A stretch of 64,000 nucleotides of DNA from an uncultured Bacteroidota bacterium (GTDB taxonomy: Bacteria; Bacteroidota; Bacteroidia; Chitinophagales; LD1): contig CALAYL010000055.1 of the NCBI GenBank assembly GCA_937894725.1, positions 21,463 through 85,462 of the forward strand, in the 5' to 3' direction. The notes under the pieces are model-generated. The model had not been told where the DNA came from, made no database searches, and saw only the letters and a program-made list of their open reading frames with translations. The position numbers were made by a program, and so were the translations under genes. Below are positions 10,214 to 18,580 of the stretch, piece after piece (positions within the stretch are counted from its first letter, which is position 1; each line of letters opens with the position of its first letter).

Positions 10214-10810
10214 GTGATTAAAGTAGGGATAACTGGAGGGATAGGAAGCGGCAAGAGTACAGTTTGTGCTATATTTGAGCGATTAGGTACTCCAGTATAT
10301 TACACAGATATTCGGGCGAAACAATTGATGCAAGACGATACCCATCTCGTAATGGAAATAAAAAACCTTTTTGGTAGTGAAGCATACACTTTCGATGGAG
10401 AATTGAATAAAGCATACCTCGCAAATATCGTTTTTGACAATGAAGTCAAATTACTTCAGTTAAATGAACTAGTTCATCCTGCTGTCAAGAGAGACTATGA
10501 ATCTTGGGCAAAGATTTTAGCTAATAATCAATATCCCTATTGTATTAAAGAAGCTGCGCTATTGGTAGAAACGGGTTCTTATAAAGACTTAGATAAACTC
10601 ATTGTAGTAACTGCCCCGTTAGAAGATAGAATAAGCCGAGTAATGGCGCGTGATCAATCGACAAGGGAAATGGTATTGAAACGCATAGCCGCACAAATAC
10701 CAGAAGAAGAAAAGATCGCAGTAGCAGATTATGTGATTGTGAATGATAAAATCATGGATTTGATGCCGAATGTAACGGCTATTCATACACAGCTATTGTC
10801 GAGCAATTAG
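10214..10810 (+). CDS. coaE: Dephospho-CoA kinase
   Basis: GTG start. Has the P-loop GITGGIGSGKST and a length of 198 aa typical of CoaE. Confidence 0.9.
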   Translation: MIKVGITGGIGSGKSTVCAIFERLGTPVYYTDIRAKQLMQDDTHLVMEIKNLFGSEAYTFDGELNKAYLANIVFDNEVKLLQLNELVHPAVKRDYESWAKILANNQYPYCIKEAALLVETGSYKDLDKLIVVTAPLEDRISRVMARDQSTREMVLKRIAAQIPEEEKIAVADYVIVNDKIMDLMPNVTAIHTQLLSSN

Positions 10811-10853
10811 ACTCAATGTTTTTATATATTCGCTCACATTATAATTTTAATCA

Positions 10854-11972
10854 ATGAAATTAGGGATATTGGGTGGTGGCCAGCTGGGGCGAATGCTACT
10901 GCAAGCAGCAGCAAATTATGATATCGAAACATGGGTATTAGAAAACGATAATGCATGTCCATCTGCACACCTCTGCCATCATTTTGTGTTTGGCGATATT
11001 CGTGATTTTGAGGCTGTATTAGCGTTTGGAAGGCAGTTAGATACACTTACTATCGAAATAGAGGATGTAAACGTAGCAGCACTAGAGATTTTAGAGAAAG
11101 AAGGGAAAATAATCATTCCATCACCTGCTACTATTAAAACCATTAAAGACAAAGGACTTCAAAAGCAATTTTATACAGGGCATGATATACCTACTTCGCC
11201 CTATATGCTAGTACAAAACAAAGCGCAGATTATAGCAAGTGAGATGCCGTTTCCAATAGCTCAAAAAATGCGAACGGGGGGATATGATGGCAAGGGTGTT
11301 CAACTTTTGCGAAACGAAAGCGATTTGGATAAATCGTTTGATGTGCCCTCTGTGCTTGAAAACCTAGTAGATATAAAAACTGAACTAGCGGTGATAGTTG
11401 CGGTAGGGTTAGATGGTGTCATCGTGAGCTATCCTCCAGTAGAAATGGTATTTGACCCTGAGCTCAACTTAGTTGATTATTTGTTAGCTCCATCATTAGT
11501 AAATGTTGTCATTGCTCAAACAGCAAAAACTATTGCTGAAAAAACAGTCAAAGCTTTTGGCTCAGCTGGCATGTTTGCTGTAGAACTTTTCTTAGATAAT
11601 AATGACGAAATATTTGTAAATGAAATAGCGCCAAGAGCGCACAATAGCGGACACGCTACCATCGAGGCTGCTACTATTTCGCAGTATGATATGCAACTCC
11701 GTATTTTCCAATCTTTGCCCCTAATCGAGCCACAATATCATCATGCTACGGTCATGTGGAACCTAATAGGAGCAGAGGGATACGCTGGTAGGGTAAAATA
11801 TGAGAACTTAAACAAGGCGATGGCTATAGAGGGTGTTCACTTGCATCTATATGGAAAAGAAAATACAAAGCCCGGTCGCAAAATGGGGCATATCACCATT
11901 CTCGATAATGATGTTGAAGTGCTAAAAAAGAAATTAGCCGCGGTTAAAAACCATGTGCGAGTTGTTTCTTAG
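10854..11972 (+). CDS. purK: 5-(carboxyamino)imidazole ribonucleotide synthase
   Basis: N-terminus MKLGILGGGQLGRML, an ATP-grasp core, ...NEIAPRAHNSGH..., and C-terminal PGRKMGHITIL. Confidence 0.92.
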   Translation: MKLGILGGGQLGRMLLQAAANYDIETWVLENDNACPSAHLCHHFVFGDIRDFEAVLAFGRQLDTLTIEIEDVNVAALEILEKEGKIIIPSPATIKTIKDKGLQKQFYTGHDIPTSPYMLVQNKAQIIASEMPFPIAQKMRTGGYDGKGVQLLRNESDLDKSFDVPSVLENLVDIKTELAVIVAVGLDGVIVSYPPVEMVFDPELNLVDYLLAPSLVNVVIAQTAKTIAEKTVKAFGSAGMFAVELFLDNNDEIFVNEIAPRAHNSGHATIEAATISQYDMQLRIFQSLPLIEPQYHHATVMWNLIGAEGYAGRVKYENLNKAMAIEGVHLHLYGKENTKPGRKMGHITILDNDVEVLKKKLAAVKNHVRVVS

Positions 11973-12473
11973 AAAATGAACTCTCTGCAAGCTGGTTAAA
12001 AGCATTTTTACTTGTTCTGGATCGTAAATTTCCACCTTTTCATCATTTGTAAAGTAGATGGTAATAAGGTCCATATTTCGCTTGTTTGCAATATTGACTA
12101 GTCCGTTGTTTAAACTTTCAATGCTAATGTGTACTAATTCATTTAAAATTATTGCCGAAGAGTCCTGCCCATCCATTTGAGTGAAGTCTTCTATCCAAAG
12201 CAAGCTATACTCTTGACCATTGTATGTGGCTACTATCGCTTGTAAATTAATCATTGGAATGCGTATAACATCGCCCGATTTTATCCCAGAAGTAGCCGCA
12301 ATTTTATTTAATTCCATAAATTTTTCAAAGGGGACTTGATACGTTGCAGCAATCTCTTTTAGCCTTTCGCCATCGATAAATTTATGTGCAAAATAGTACT
12401 CTTTGGGAAAGTCGAATGCCGAGATTTTGGTGCAAACGAAAAGAAATAGAATTAAGTAGAGTTTTGTTTTCAT
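11934..12473 (-). CDS. Secreted LysM domain-containing protein
   Basis: Signal peptide MKTKLYLILFLFVCTKISA. The LysM-like segment F.DGERLKEIAATYQVPFEKFMELNKIAATSGIKSGDVIRIP fits the LysM consensus. The last 13 codons overlap the 3' end of purK. Confidence 0.55.
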   Translation of the reverse strand: MKTKLYLILFLFVCTKISAFDFPKEYYFAHKFIDGERLKEIAATYQVPFEKFMELNKIAATSGIKSGDVIRIPMINLQAIVATYNGQEYSLLWIEDFTQMDGQDSSAIILNELVHISIESLNNGLVNIANKRNMDLITIYFTNDEKVEIYDPEQVKMLLTSLQRVHFLRNNSHMVFNRG

Positions 12474-12563
12474 ATTTCTGTTTTTAAGAACTACGTATTA
12501 TATGATTAAAAGTTTCAATACAACTAATCCGATGTTTGTTTACTTTTACAAAAAAAGTAGTGT

Positions 12564-13067
12564 ATGGTAGGAGTGATCATGGGCAGCAAAAGCGATTTGC
12601 CAATAATGCAGGAGGCAGTAGAAATTCTTGATTTTTTTAAAGTACCCTATGAACTTACGGTAGTAAGTGCACATCGAACGCCAGAAAGGCTGATTGATTA
12701 TGCAAGTAGTGCTCGGAATCGAGGAGTGAAAGTTATAATAGCTGGTGCTGGAGGAGCAGCGCATTTGCCAGGTATGGTAGCCTCTTGTGCTTCATTGCCA
12801 ATCATAGGAGTGCCTATCAAATCATCCAATTCGATAGATGGTTGGGACTCGGTATTGTCTATTTTACAAATGCCATCGGGAGTGCCTGTAGCTACCGTGG
12901 CCCTCAATGGTGCTAAAAATGCAGCAATATTGGCAGTTCAGATTTTAGGAGTTTCTTCTACAGAATTGGCAAAACAACTAGATGCGTATAAAGAAGGATT
13001 GAAACAAAGTGTACTCACTTCAGCAAATGAAATTAAAGCTAAGTTTCATAACAACTATGACAAGTAG
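12564..13067 (+). CDS. purE: 5-(carboxyamino)imidazole ribonucleotide mutase
   Basis: Motifs VGVIMGSKSDLP, SAHRTPE, IIAGAGGAAHLPGMVAS and PVIGVP are the classic PurE class I pattern. Confidence 0.93.
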   Translation: MVGVIMGSKSDLPIMQEAVEILDFFKVPYELTVVSAHRTPERLIDYASSARNRGVKVIIAGAGGAAHLPGMVASCASLPIIGVPIKSSNSIDGWDSVLSILQMPSGVPVATVALNGAKNAAILAVQILGVSSTELAKQLDAYKEGLKQSVLTSANEIKAKFHNNYDK

Positions 13068-13855
13068 CTTTTTTCATCAGCGATGATAGGCTTAGCTCTT
13101 TTAGTCGCTATTTTTTCAAATTCTTCATCATAATTTACGTGGTTAGTACCCATCCATCTATCCCAAAAATTGAAGTATAAACCATAGTTGCAGTTTACTA
13201 GCCTATGGTGCATGTTGTGATGCACAGACGTGTTAGCTAATTTTGTAAATCGATTGGTCGTAAATCCTTTTGGGAAAATCTCGAATCCTAAGTGTCCCAA
13301 CACATTCATGCTGGTCATGAACAAAAGCCAAGCCAGTATGGCCAATGGATGCAGTGGTAATAAAAATACAAAAACGGGTAAAATGGCTACCTCGGCTATT
13401 GCCTCAAGAGGGTGAAAACTAAAGGCAGCCCAAGGAGTAGGATTAGTGGAATGATGATGGATTTTATGTACTAATCGATACACTCCCTTGTGATGAATAG
13501 CCCTGTGCATCCAATAGAAATACGTATCATGCAATAGTATCAAAGACACGACAGTAAACAAAAAGTAGCCTATGCTGTGGTCTGAAAATGTAGTATATAT
13601 CTGTGTGTAACCCATTTTGTGCAACACCGATACGCCTACACCAATAAAAGCGAAAACAAGCATAGAAAGTAACGAGTAGCCTACTTCATGCTTGATATGC
13701 GAATTGTCAGGTAGTTTATCTTGGATTTTGAGATACCACCATTTTGAACGTTTTAAAATATAAAACAGCAGATATGCGCCACCTGCAAAAACCAAATAGC
13801 GAACTACACTAATAGTATAGAGATAAGCTAGTCGAGAAAAAATAAATTCTTTCAT
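13055..13855 (-). CDS. Fatty acid hydroxylase / sterol desaturase family membrane protein
   Basis: Multi-TM protein with the three histidine boxes HRAIHH, HKIHHHS and HHNMHH characteristic of the FA_hydroxylase superfamily. Confidence 0.8.
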   Translation of the reverse strand: MKEFIFSRLAYLYTISVVRYLVFAGGAYLLFYILKRSKWWYLKIQDKLPDNSHIKHEVGYSLLSMLVFAFIGVGVSVLHKMGYTQIYTTFSDHSIGYFLFTVVSLILLHDTYFYWMHRAIHHKGVYRLVHKIHHHSTNPTPWAAFSFHPLEAIAEVAILPVFVFLLPLHPLAILAWLLFMTSMNVLGHLGFEIFPKGFTTNRFTKLANTSVHHNMHHRLVNCNYGLYFNFWDRWMGTNHVNYDEEFEKIATKRAKPIIADEKSYLS

Positions 13856-13933
13856 ATTGATAATTCATTCGCCTAAATTAGACTAAAATTACATGATAGC
13901 CTGTATTTATTCAATGAAAGAATGGATTGAAAC

Positions 13934-15028
13934 ATGAAAATGAAAAATGTAAATGTAAATTTGGGAACTAACGAGAACATTTTGAATAATATACAACTAG
14001 AAACGCCAAAGGGGAAATTTGTGATAGACTACACAGTCATACTGCATATCATATTTTGGGTGCTCTATTTTGGGGTGCTCACATTTATCAATACACAATC
14101 CTTACCGCTTTCATACGCATTACAAAGAAATACGCTTGTCGTAGTACTCAATTCGCTCGTATTTTATCTCAATTTTTTGTGGATTATGCCAGAGTATTTT
14201 GAGCGAGGTGACTTTAGGAGGTATGCCATGGCCATGATAGGAATGCTCATTTTAGCACCTACTATACAATATCTCATTGAGTTGTACTTATTTAATGTAC
14301 CTGAGGAAATTCAAGTATTTACCTATAACATTCGGTATGTACTTTGGCTGGGTATCACCATTTTTATCTTCCTGACCCTGAGTACGTTGCTCAAGTTAGC
14401 TATGTCTAGGGTGTATTTTGAAAATGAACTTTTAGAACTTCGGGCTAGAAAATTTGAAGCTGAGTTGAAGTTTTTGCGCGAGCAGATAAACCCTCATTTT
14501 CTGTTTAATTCTATCAACAATATCTACTCGCTGGCGCTCGAAAACTCGCCCAAAACGCCAGAGATGATTCTGAAACTCTCTGAGTTGTTGAGATATATTC
14601 TTTATGAGTGTAATCAACCGAAGGTGAAATTGACTGAAGAGATAGGTTGTGTCCGTTCGCTGGTCGATTTATATCAACTCAAATTTGCAGACCCTGTCAA
14701 GATAACATTTGAAGTAAAGGGCGACCCTAAAGATGTGCTGATAGTACCTAATCTTTTTACCCCCTTGATTGAAAATGCATTCAAGCACGGAGATTTAGGA
14801 TCAAATAAGAAGGGATTTATCGAAATAATTTGTAATATTAGAATCGGATATATATATTTTTCTGTAAAAAATAGTAAATCGGTGATAGCTGAGCAAAATA
14901 ACCAACCTGGGGGCATAGGGATTAAAAACTTAGTACGTAGGTTTGAGATAAACTATAGTCCTAGAGGCATGCTAAAACTAAAGGATAGCAAAGATTATTT
15001 TCAAGGAGCTATGAAAATACCAAGATGA
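13934..15028 (+). CDS. Sensor histidine kinase, LytS/YehU (His_kinase PF06580-type) family
   Basis: N-terminal multi-TM sensor region followed by the diagnostic REQINPHFLFNSINNIYSL block and a small HATPase domain (N-box LIENAFKHG, GGIGIKN). Confidence 0.8.
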   Translation: MKMKNVNVNLGTNENILNNIQLETPKGKFVIDYTVILHIIFWVLYFGVLTFINTQSLPLSYALQRNTLVVVLNSLVFYLNFLWIMPEYFERGDFRRYAMAMIGMLILAPTIQYLIELYLFNVPEEIQVFTYNIRYVLWLGITIFIFLTLSTLLKLAMSRVYFENELLELRARKFEAELKFLREQINPHFLFNSINNIYSLALENSPKTPEMILKLSELLRYILYECNQPKVKLTEEIGCVRSLVDLYQLKFADPVKITFEVKGDPKDVLIVPNLFTPLIENAFKHGDLGSNKKGFIEIICNIRIGYIYFSVKNSKSVIAEQNNQPGGIGIKNLVRRFEINYSPRGMLKLKDSKDYFQGAMKIPR

Positions 15029-15059
15029 TTTTTTTAAAGCAAAACTAAACCCCAATGAT

Positions 15060-15758
15060 ATGATAAATGTAGTACTCGTAGATGATGAATTTCCTTCGCT
15101 TAAAATACTTGAAAACTTTTGTTTAAAATTTTCGGAATTTCAAGTTGTTGCAAAATTTAACTCGGCTATTGAAGCAATGTCATTTTTAGAAACAGAAAAG
15201 GTGGATATGCTTTTTCTTGATATTCAGATGCCTGGAATGACTGGGATTGAAATGCTCGAAAAATTAACTCATCGACCTGTCACCATCATCACTACAGCCA
15301 ACCATGACAAGGCACTAAAAGCTTTTGAGCTAGATGTAGTCGATTATCTTGTCAAGCCTTTTTCGTTTGATAGATTTCAGCACTCTGTAGAGCGAGCAAA
15401 GGCACAGATAGCCTATCGAACCGAGGATGAAAAAAACAAGATGGAGAAGCCAAATTTTATCACCGTAAAATCGGATTACAAAGTAGTGAAAATCATGCTT
15501 GATGAAATTAAATATATTGAAGGTTTGGGCGAGTATGTAAAAATTATTTTAGAAAAAAACTTCGTAGTCACTTTAGAAGCCTTAAAAAACCTACAGAAAA
15601 CATTGCCTGAAGCTCAGTTTTTGCGTATCCATAAATCTTATATCGTGAATACTCGTTTTGTAAGAACGATATCAAGCACAGCCGTTACACTCAAAGATGG
15701 ACACCAGCTACCTGTAGGTAAAGTGTATAAAGATGAGGTGAAAGCGCGCTTTTCATAA
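15060..15758 (+). CDS. LytR/AlgR-family response regulator (REC + LytTR DNA-binding domain)
   Basis: REC motifs (VVLVDDE, DMLFLDIQMPGMTG, YLVKP) and a C-terminal LytTR pattern (IKYIEG.GEYVKI, FLRIHKSYIVN). It lies 31 nt downstream of the kinase. Confidence 0.88.
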   Translation: MINVVLVDDEFPSLKILENFCLKFSEFQVVAKFNSAIEAMSFLETEKVDMLFLDIQMPGMTGIEMLEKLTHRPVTIITTANHDKALKAFELDVVDYLVKPFSFDRFQHSVERAKAQIAYRTEDEKNKMEKPNFITVKSDYKVVKIMLDEIKYIEGLGEYVKIILEKNFVVTLEALKNLQKTLPEAQFLRIHKSYIVNTRFVRTISSTAVTLKDGHQLPVGKVYKDEVKARFS

Positions 15759-15821
15759 GCTATTTTCTTAAAATTAACGAAACCTAATTACTTGATTTGA
15801 CTATTTTATAGTCAGTTTGAT

Positions 15822-15829
15822 TACTTTTG
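15822..15829 (+). promoter_or_regulatory. Candidate -7 box TACTTTTG for coaD, 5 nt from the ATG (possible -33 TTTG at 15796-15799)
   Basis: Exact TAnnTTTG match. A TTTG lies 22 nt upstream of it, and the ATG at 15835 follows after taaca. Confidence 0.4.
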
Positions 15830-15834
15830 TAACA

Positions 15835-16314
15835 ATGAAAAAAATAGCTGTATTTCCTGGTTCTTTTGATCCTATCACAGTGGGGCATGTTGATATTTTG
15901 AAGCGTTCGCTACCACTTTTTGATTCTATCATCATAGGCATAGGTATAAACTCTCAGAAGCAATCCCTTTTTACACTTGAACAACGTGAAAAATGGATTA
16001 CAAAAGTGTTTAAAAATGAACCTAAAATCAGTGTAGAATCTTATCACGGATTGACGATTAATTTTTGTATTGAAAAAGATGCCAATTACATCATTAGGGG
16101 CATTCGTTCGGCTGCCGATTTTGAATATGAAAAAACAATAGCACATCTCAATAGCGCCATGGTCAAAGATGTAGAAACTATTTTGATGCTATCATCGGCA
16201 GAACTTTCTTCTATTTCATCAACCATAGTCCGCGAAATAATAAGAGGGAAAGGGAAAATAGAAAAATTTGTTCCTGCCGAAGTAGTTGAAGATGTAATAA
16301 AAATGGAACTGTGA
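15835..16314 (+). CDS. coaD: Pantetheine-phosphate adenylyltransferase
   Basis: MKKIAVFPGSFDPITVGHVDIL (T/HxGH nucleotidyltransferase motif), about 160 aa, with ISST.VRE near the C-terminus. The track ORF begins at TTG 15817, and I prefer ATG 15835. Confidence 0.92.
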   Translation: MKKIAVFPGSFDPITVGHVDILKRSLPLFDSIIIGIGINSQKQSLFTLEQREKWITKVFKNEPKISVESYHGLTINFCIEKDANYIIRGIRSAADFEYEKTIAHLNSAMVKDVETILMLSSAELSSISSTIVREIIRGKGKIEKFVPAEVVEDVIKMEL

Positions 16315-17297
16315 TTAGGTTGTTGGCAATATATATAAGTGCGTTTCCGATGCTTTTGATTGCTCAATCTGTATATGCACCTTATGCACCTACAGCTAGT
16401 GTTGAAATTGTTTCTAATAGTCTCGATACAGCCGATTTGAATGTAAATTTTAAGACGATATATTCAAAGCAAAATCTGCAATTTGATTTTACTAAAAGCG
16501 AAATCAATGCCGCAGCTCAAGCGATACTTGAGTTGCGTACAAAACCGATAGTAGTGAGGCTCAAAACAAACAAAAAGCAAATAGCGGCCTATAGAACTGC
16601 TGGTAGCACAAAAATAGCCGACAAGATAGAGGCGAAATCGCTCGACCAAAACTTGCGAATCATTAGTGCATGTATCAAATATTTTAATTTTGCACCGCTC
16701 TATTTTTTAGATACGGAAGATAATCTTACCTTTTTAGAAACCGATACGCTGCGGTATAGTTCGTTGCTGTCAGATATTAATTATTTTGTAGTGATACCGC
16801 ACGATTCGGTTTGTTTTTTGGACTATGGAATGCTGTATAATCGAGAACGAGTGAGTGAGTGGAAGTATAAAGATTATGGGGTTACAGATGAAGGCAGCAC
16901 GGTTATATCTGATCATGCTTTTGTATTAAGAAATAGTAAAAGTGAGCAGTTGATGCCTCCTGTACCTTTTTATGCAGAGGTCAATTTTAGTCCAGGAAAA
17001 TCAGGTAAGTCAATGGCAGAGCCTATTCAGCAATATATCAAGATAGATAGACTCACGGGCAACTCAATACTCAAAGAAACGCTTGATAAACCAAATGAGT
17101 TTGATGCGGCCATACTACGTCTCAACGCTCGCCTTTATAGTACTTTTGCAAAAATAGTAGGCGATATTTCCTTAAAGGAAGATTATGAAAAGTGGTATGC
17201 GATTAACCCAAATAAACCCTACTATCCACTATGGATCGAGATAGAAAAAAAATTATTGTCCATCAAAAAGGCAAAGAAGTTTACCACACAGTATTAG
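16311..17297 (+). CDS. Hypothetical secreted protein
   Basis: 328-aa ORF whose GTG start overlaps the coaD stop (GTGA). N-terminal hydrophobic signal (LLAIYISAFPMLLIAQS). I recognise no family motif. Confidence 0.45.
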   Translation: MIRLLAIYISAFPMLLIAQSVYAPYAPTASVEIVSNSLDTADLNVNFKTIYSKQNLQFDFTKSEINAAAQAILELRTKPIVVRLKTNKKQIAAYRTAGSTKIADKIEAKSLDQNLRIISACIKYFNFAPLYFLDTEDNLTFLETDTLRYSSLLSDINYFVVIPHDSVCFLDYGMLYNRERVSEWKYKDYGVTDEGSTVISDHAFVLRNSKSEQLMPPVPFYAEVNFSPGKSGKSMAEPIQQYIKIDRLTGNSILKETLDKPNEFDAAILRLNARLYSTFAKIVGDISLKEDYEKWYAINPNKPYYPLWIEIEKKLLSIKKAKKFTTQY

Positions 17298-17890
17298 CCC
17301 TGCAAACTCGGCTATTTGAGCAAACTCTATCAAATAAATCGACTGGACAACCTACCGAAAACCATTTGATTTTTTGTGAGCATCCGCCTACCTACACACT
17401 AGGCAAAAATGGGGACGAAAGCCATTTGCTTTTCAACCCTAGCAGGATTGGCGCTTCATTTTTTAAAATTGACAGGGGAGGAGATGTTACCTTTCATGGA
17501 CCAGGACAGTTAGTGGTTTATCCTATTTTCGATTTAGCCAATTTTGATATTGGCACAGCTGCCTTTGTATCAAAACTTGAAGAAGCCGTAATAAATTTAC
17601 TTTCAAAGTTGAATATAGACGCATCGCGGCTTGAGGGAGCAGCCGGAATTTGGGTGGATGTCGATTCCTATCCTAAAAAAATATGTGCCATCGGTATAAA
17701 AGTGAGTAAACAAGTCACTATGCACGGCATTGCTATCAATGTAACGACAGACTTAAGTTGGTTTGATAAAATAGTACCCTGCGGATTATCAGACAAAGGA
17801 GTGACTAGTCTTTTAAAATTGACAGGACAGCAGTTTACTTTAGATGATGTGGCTACTCGTTTTTATCAAGAACTTGTAGCGTTGCTTTAG
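17231..17890 (+). CDS. lipB: Lipoyl(octanoyl) transferase
   Basis: Motifs EHPPTYTLG, RGGDVTFHGPGQLVVYP and KICAIGIKVS...TMHG are LipB signatures. The only plausible start (ATG 17231) overlaps the upstream ORF by 67 nt. Confidence 0.88.
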   Translation: MDRDRKKIIVHQKGKEVYHTVLALQTRLFEQTLSNKSTGQPTENHLIFCEHPPTYTLGKNGDESHLLFNPSRIGASFFKIDRGGDVTFHGPGQLVVYPIFDLANFDIGTAAFVSKLEEAVINLLSKLNIDASRLEGAAGIWVDVDSYPKKICAIGIKVSKQVTMHGIAINVTTDLSWFDKIVPCGLSDKGVTSLLKLTGQQFTLDDVATRFYQELVALL

Positions 17891-17891
17891 C

Positions 17892-18530
17892 TTACCAGTT
17901 TTTGCCAAAGTTTTGTGATGTACGAAAATAAAATACACCCGATGTAGGTTTATTTTCAAAAATAAATCCAGTACCTAATCGATCATACTTTGGATCTCTC
18001 ATGTGTTTTTCGTGCTCTTTCGATTTGCTGAGCGCAGCGATTACTTTATCTGCTAGCTGAGTATAGTTAGGCAAGTTTTGCATATCTACAAACATGCGGG
18101 CTAAGTTTTCGGCTAGATGTTCGCCATTAAACCCACATAGTTCTGCCCTATTGTTCGGCATTTTTACTTTAGCGTCATAAAGATTAGTGTGATCAAAAAA
18201 ATTGCGCCTCACCATTTGGTCGCTATGAATCATCGCGGCATCGCGTAGTCTCGGCTCAAAACTAAGCAGAGGCACTCCCAATGTACTTCTGTATTTATTT
18301 ATCGCAAAAAATAAGGCTGCATTCATCAAGTCACTGTCATAGTTCATTGGGTCTACAGGTTCGTTAATTTCTTCCAATCTGTAAAACTGCTGCCATGTCA
18401 TTTTCTCGTATCGATTGTCTTCAAAGTTGCTCGATTCGTTGTACTTGGGTATTGCAGCTAAATATGCATCTGCTTGTGAAAAAGAAAAGTTCACAAAAAC
18501 ACAAGTCGCTAGGAGAAATAAAGTTTTCAT
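17892..18530 (-). CDS. Secreted CAP (SCP/PR-1-like, YkwD-type) domain protein
   Basis: Signal peptide MKTLFLLATCVFVNFSFSQA. CAP-domain blocks L.....L..AA..HS.QMV...FF.H and GENLA. Confidence 0.65.
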   Translation of the reverse strand: MKTLFLLATCVFVNFSFSQADAYLAAIPKYNESSNFEDNRYEKMTWQQFYRLEEINEPVDPMNYDSDLMNAALFFAINKYRSTLGVPLLSFEPRLRDAAMIHSDQMVRRNFFDHTNLYDAKVKMPNNRAELCGFNGEHLAENLARMFVDMQNLPNYTQLADKVIAALSKSKEHEKHMRDPKYDRLGTGFIFENKPTSGVFYFRTSQNFGKNW

Positions 18531-18580
18531 ATTAGTTAATAAACGAAAACTATGCCATAAAAATTGTATTGCATAATATT

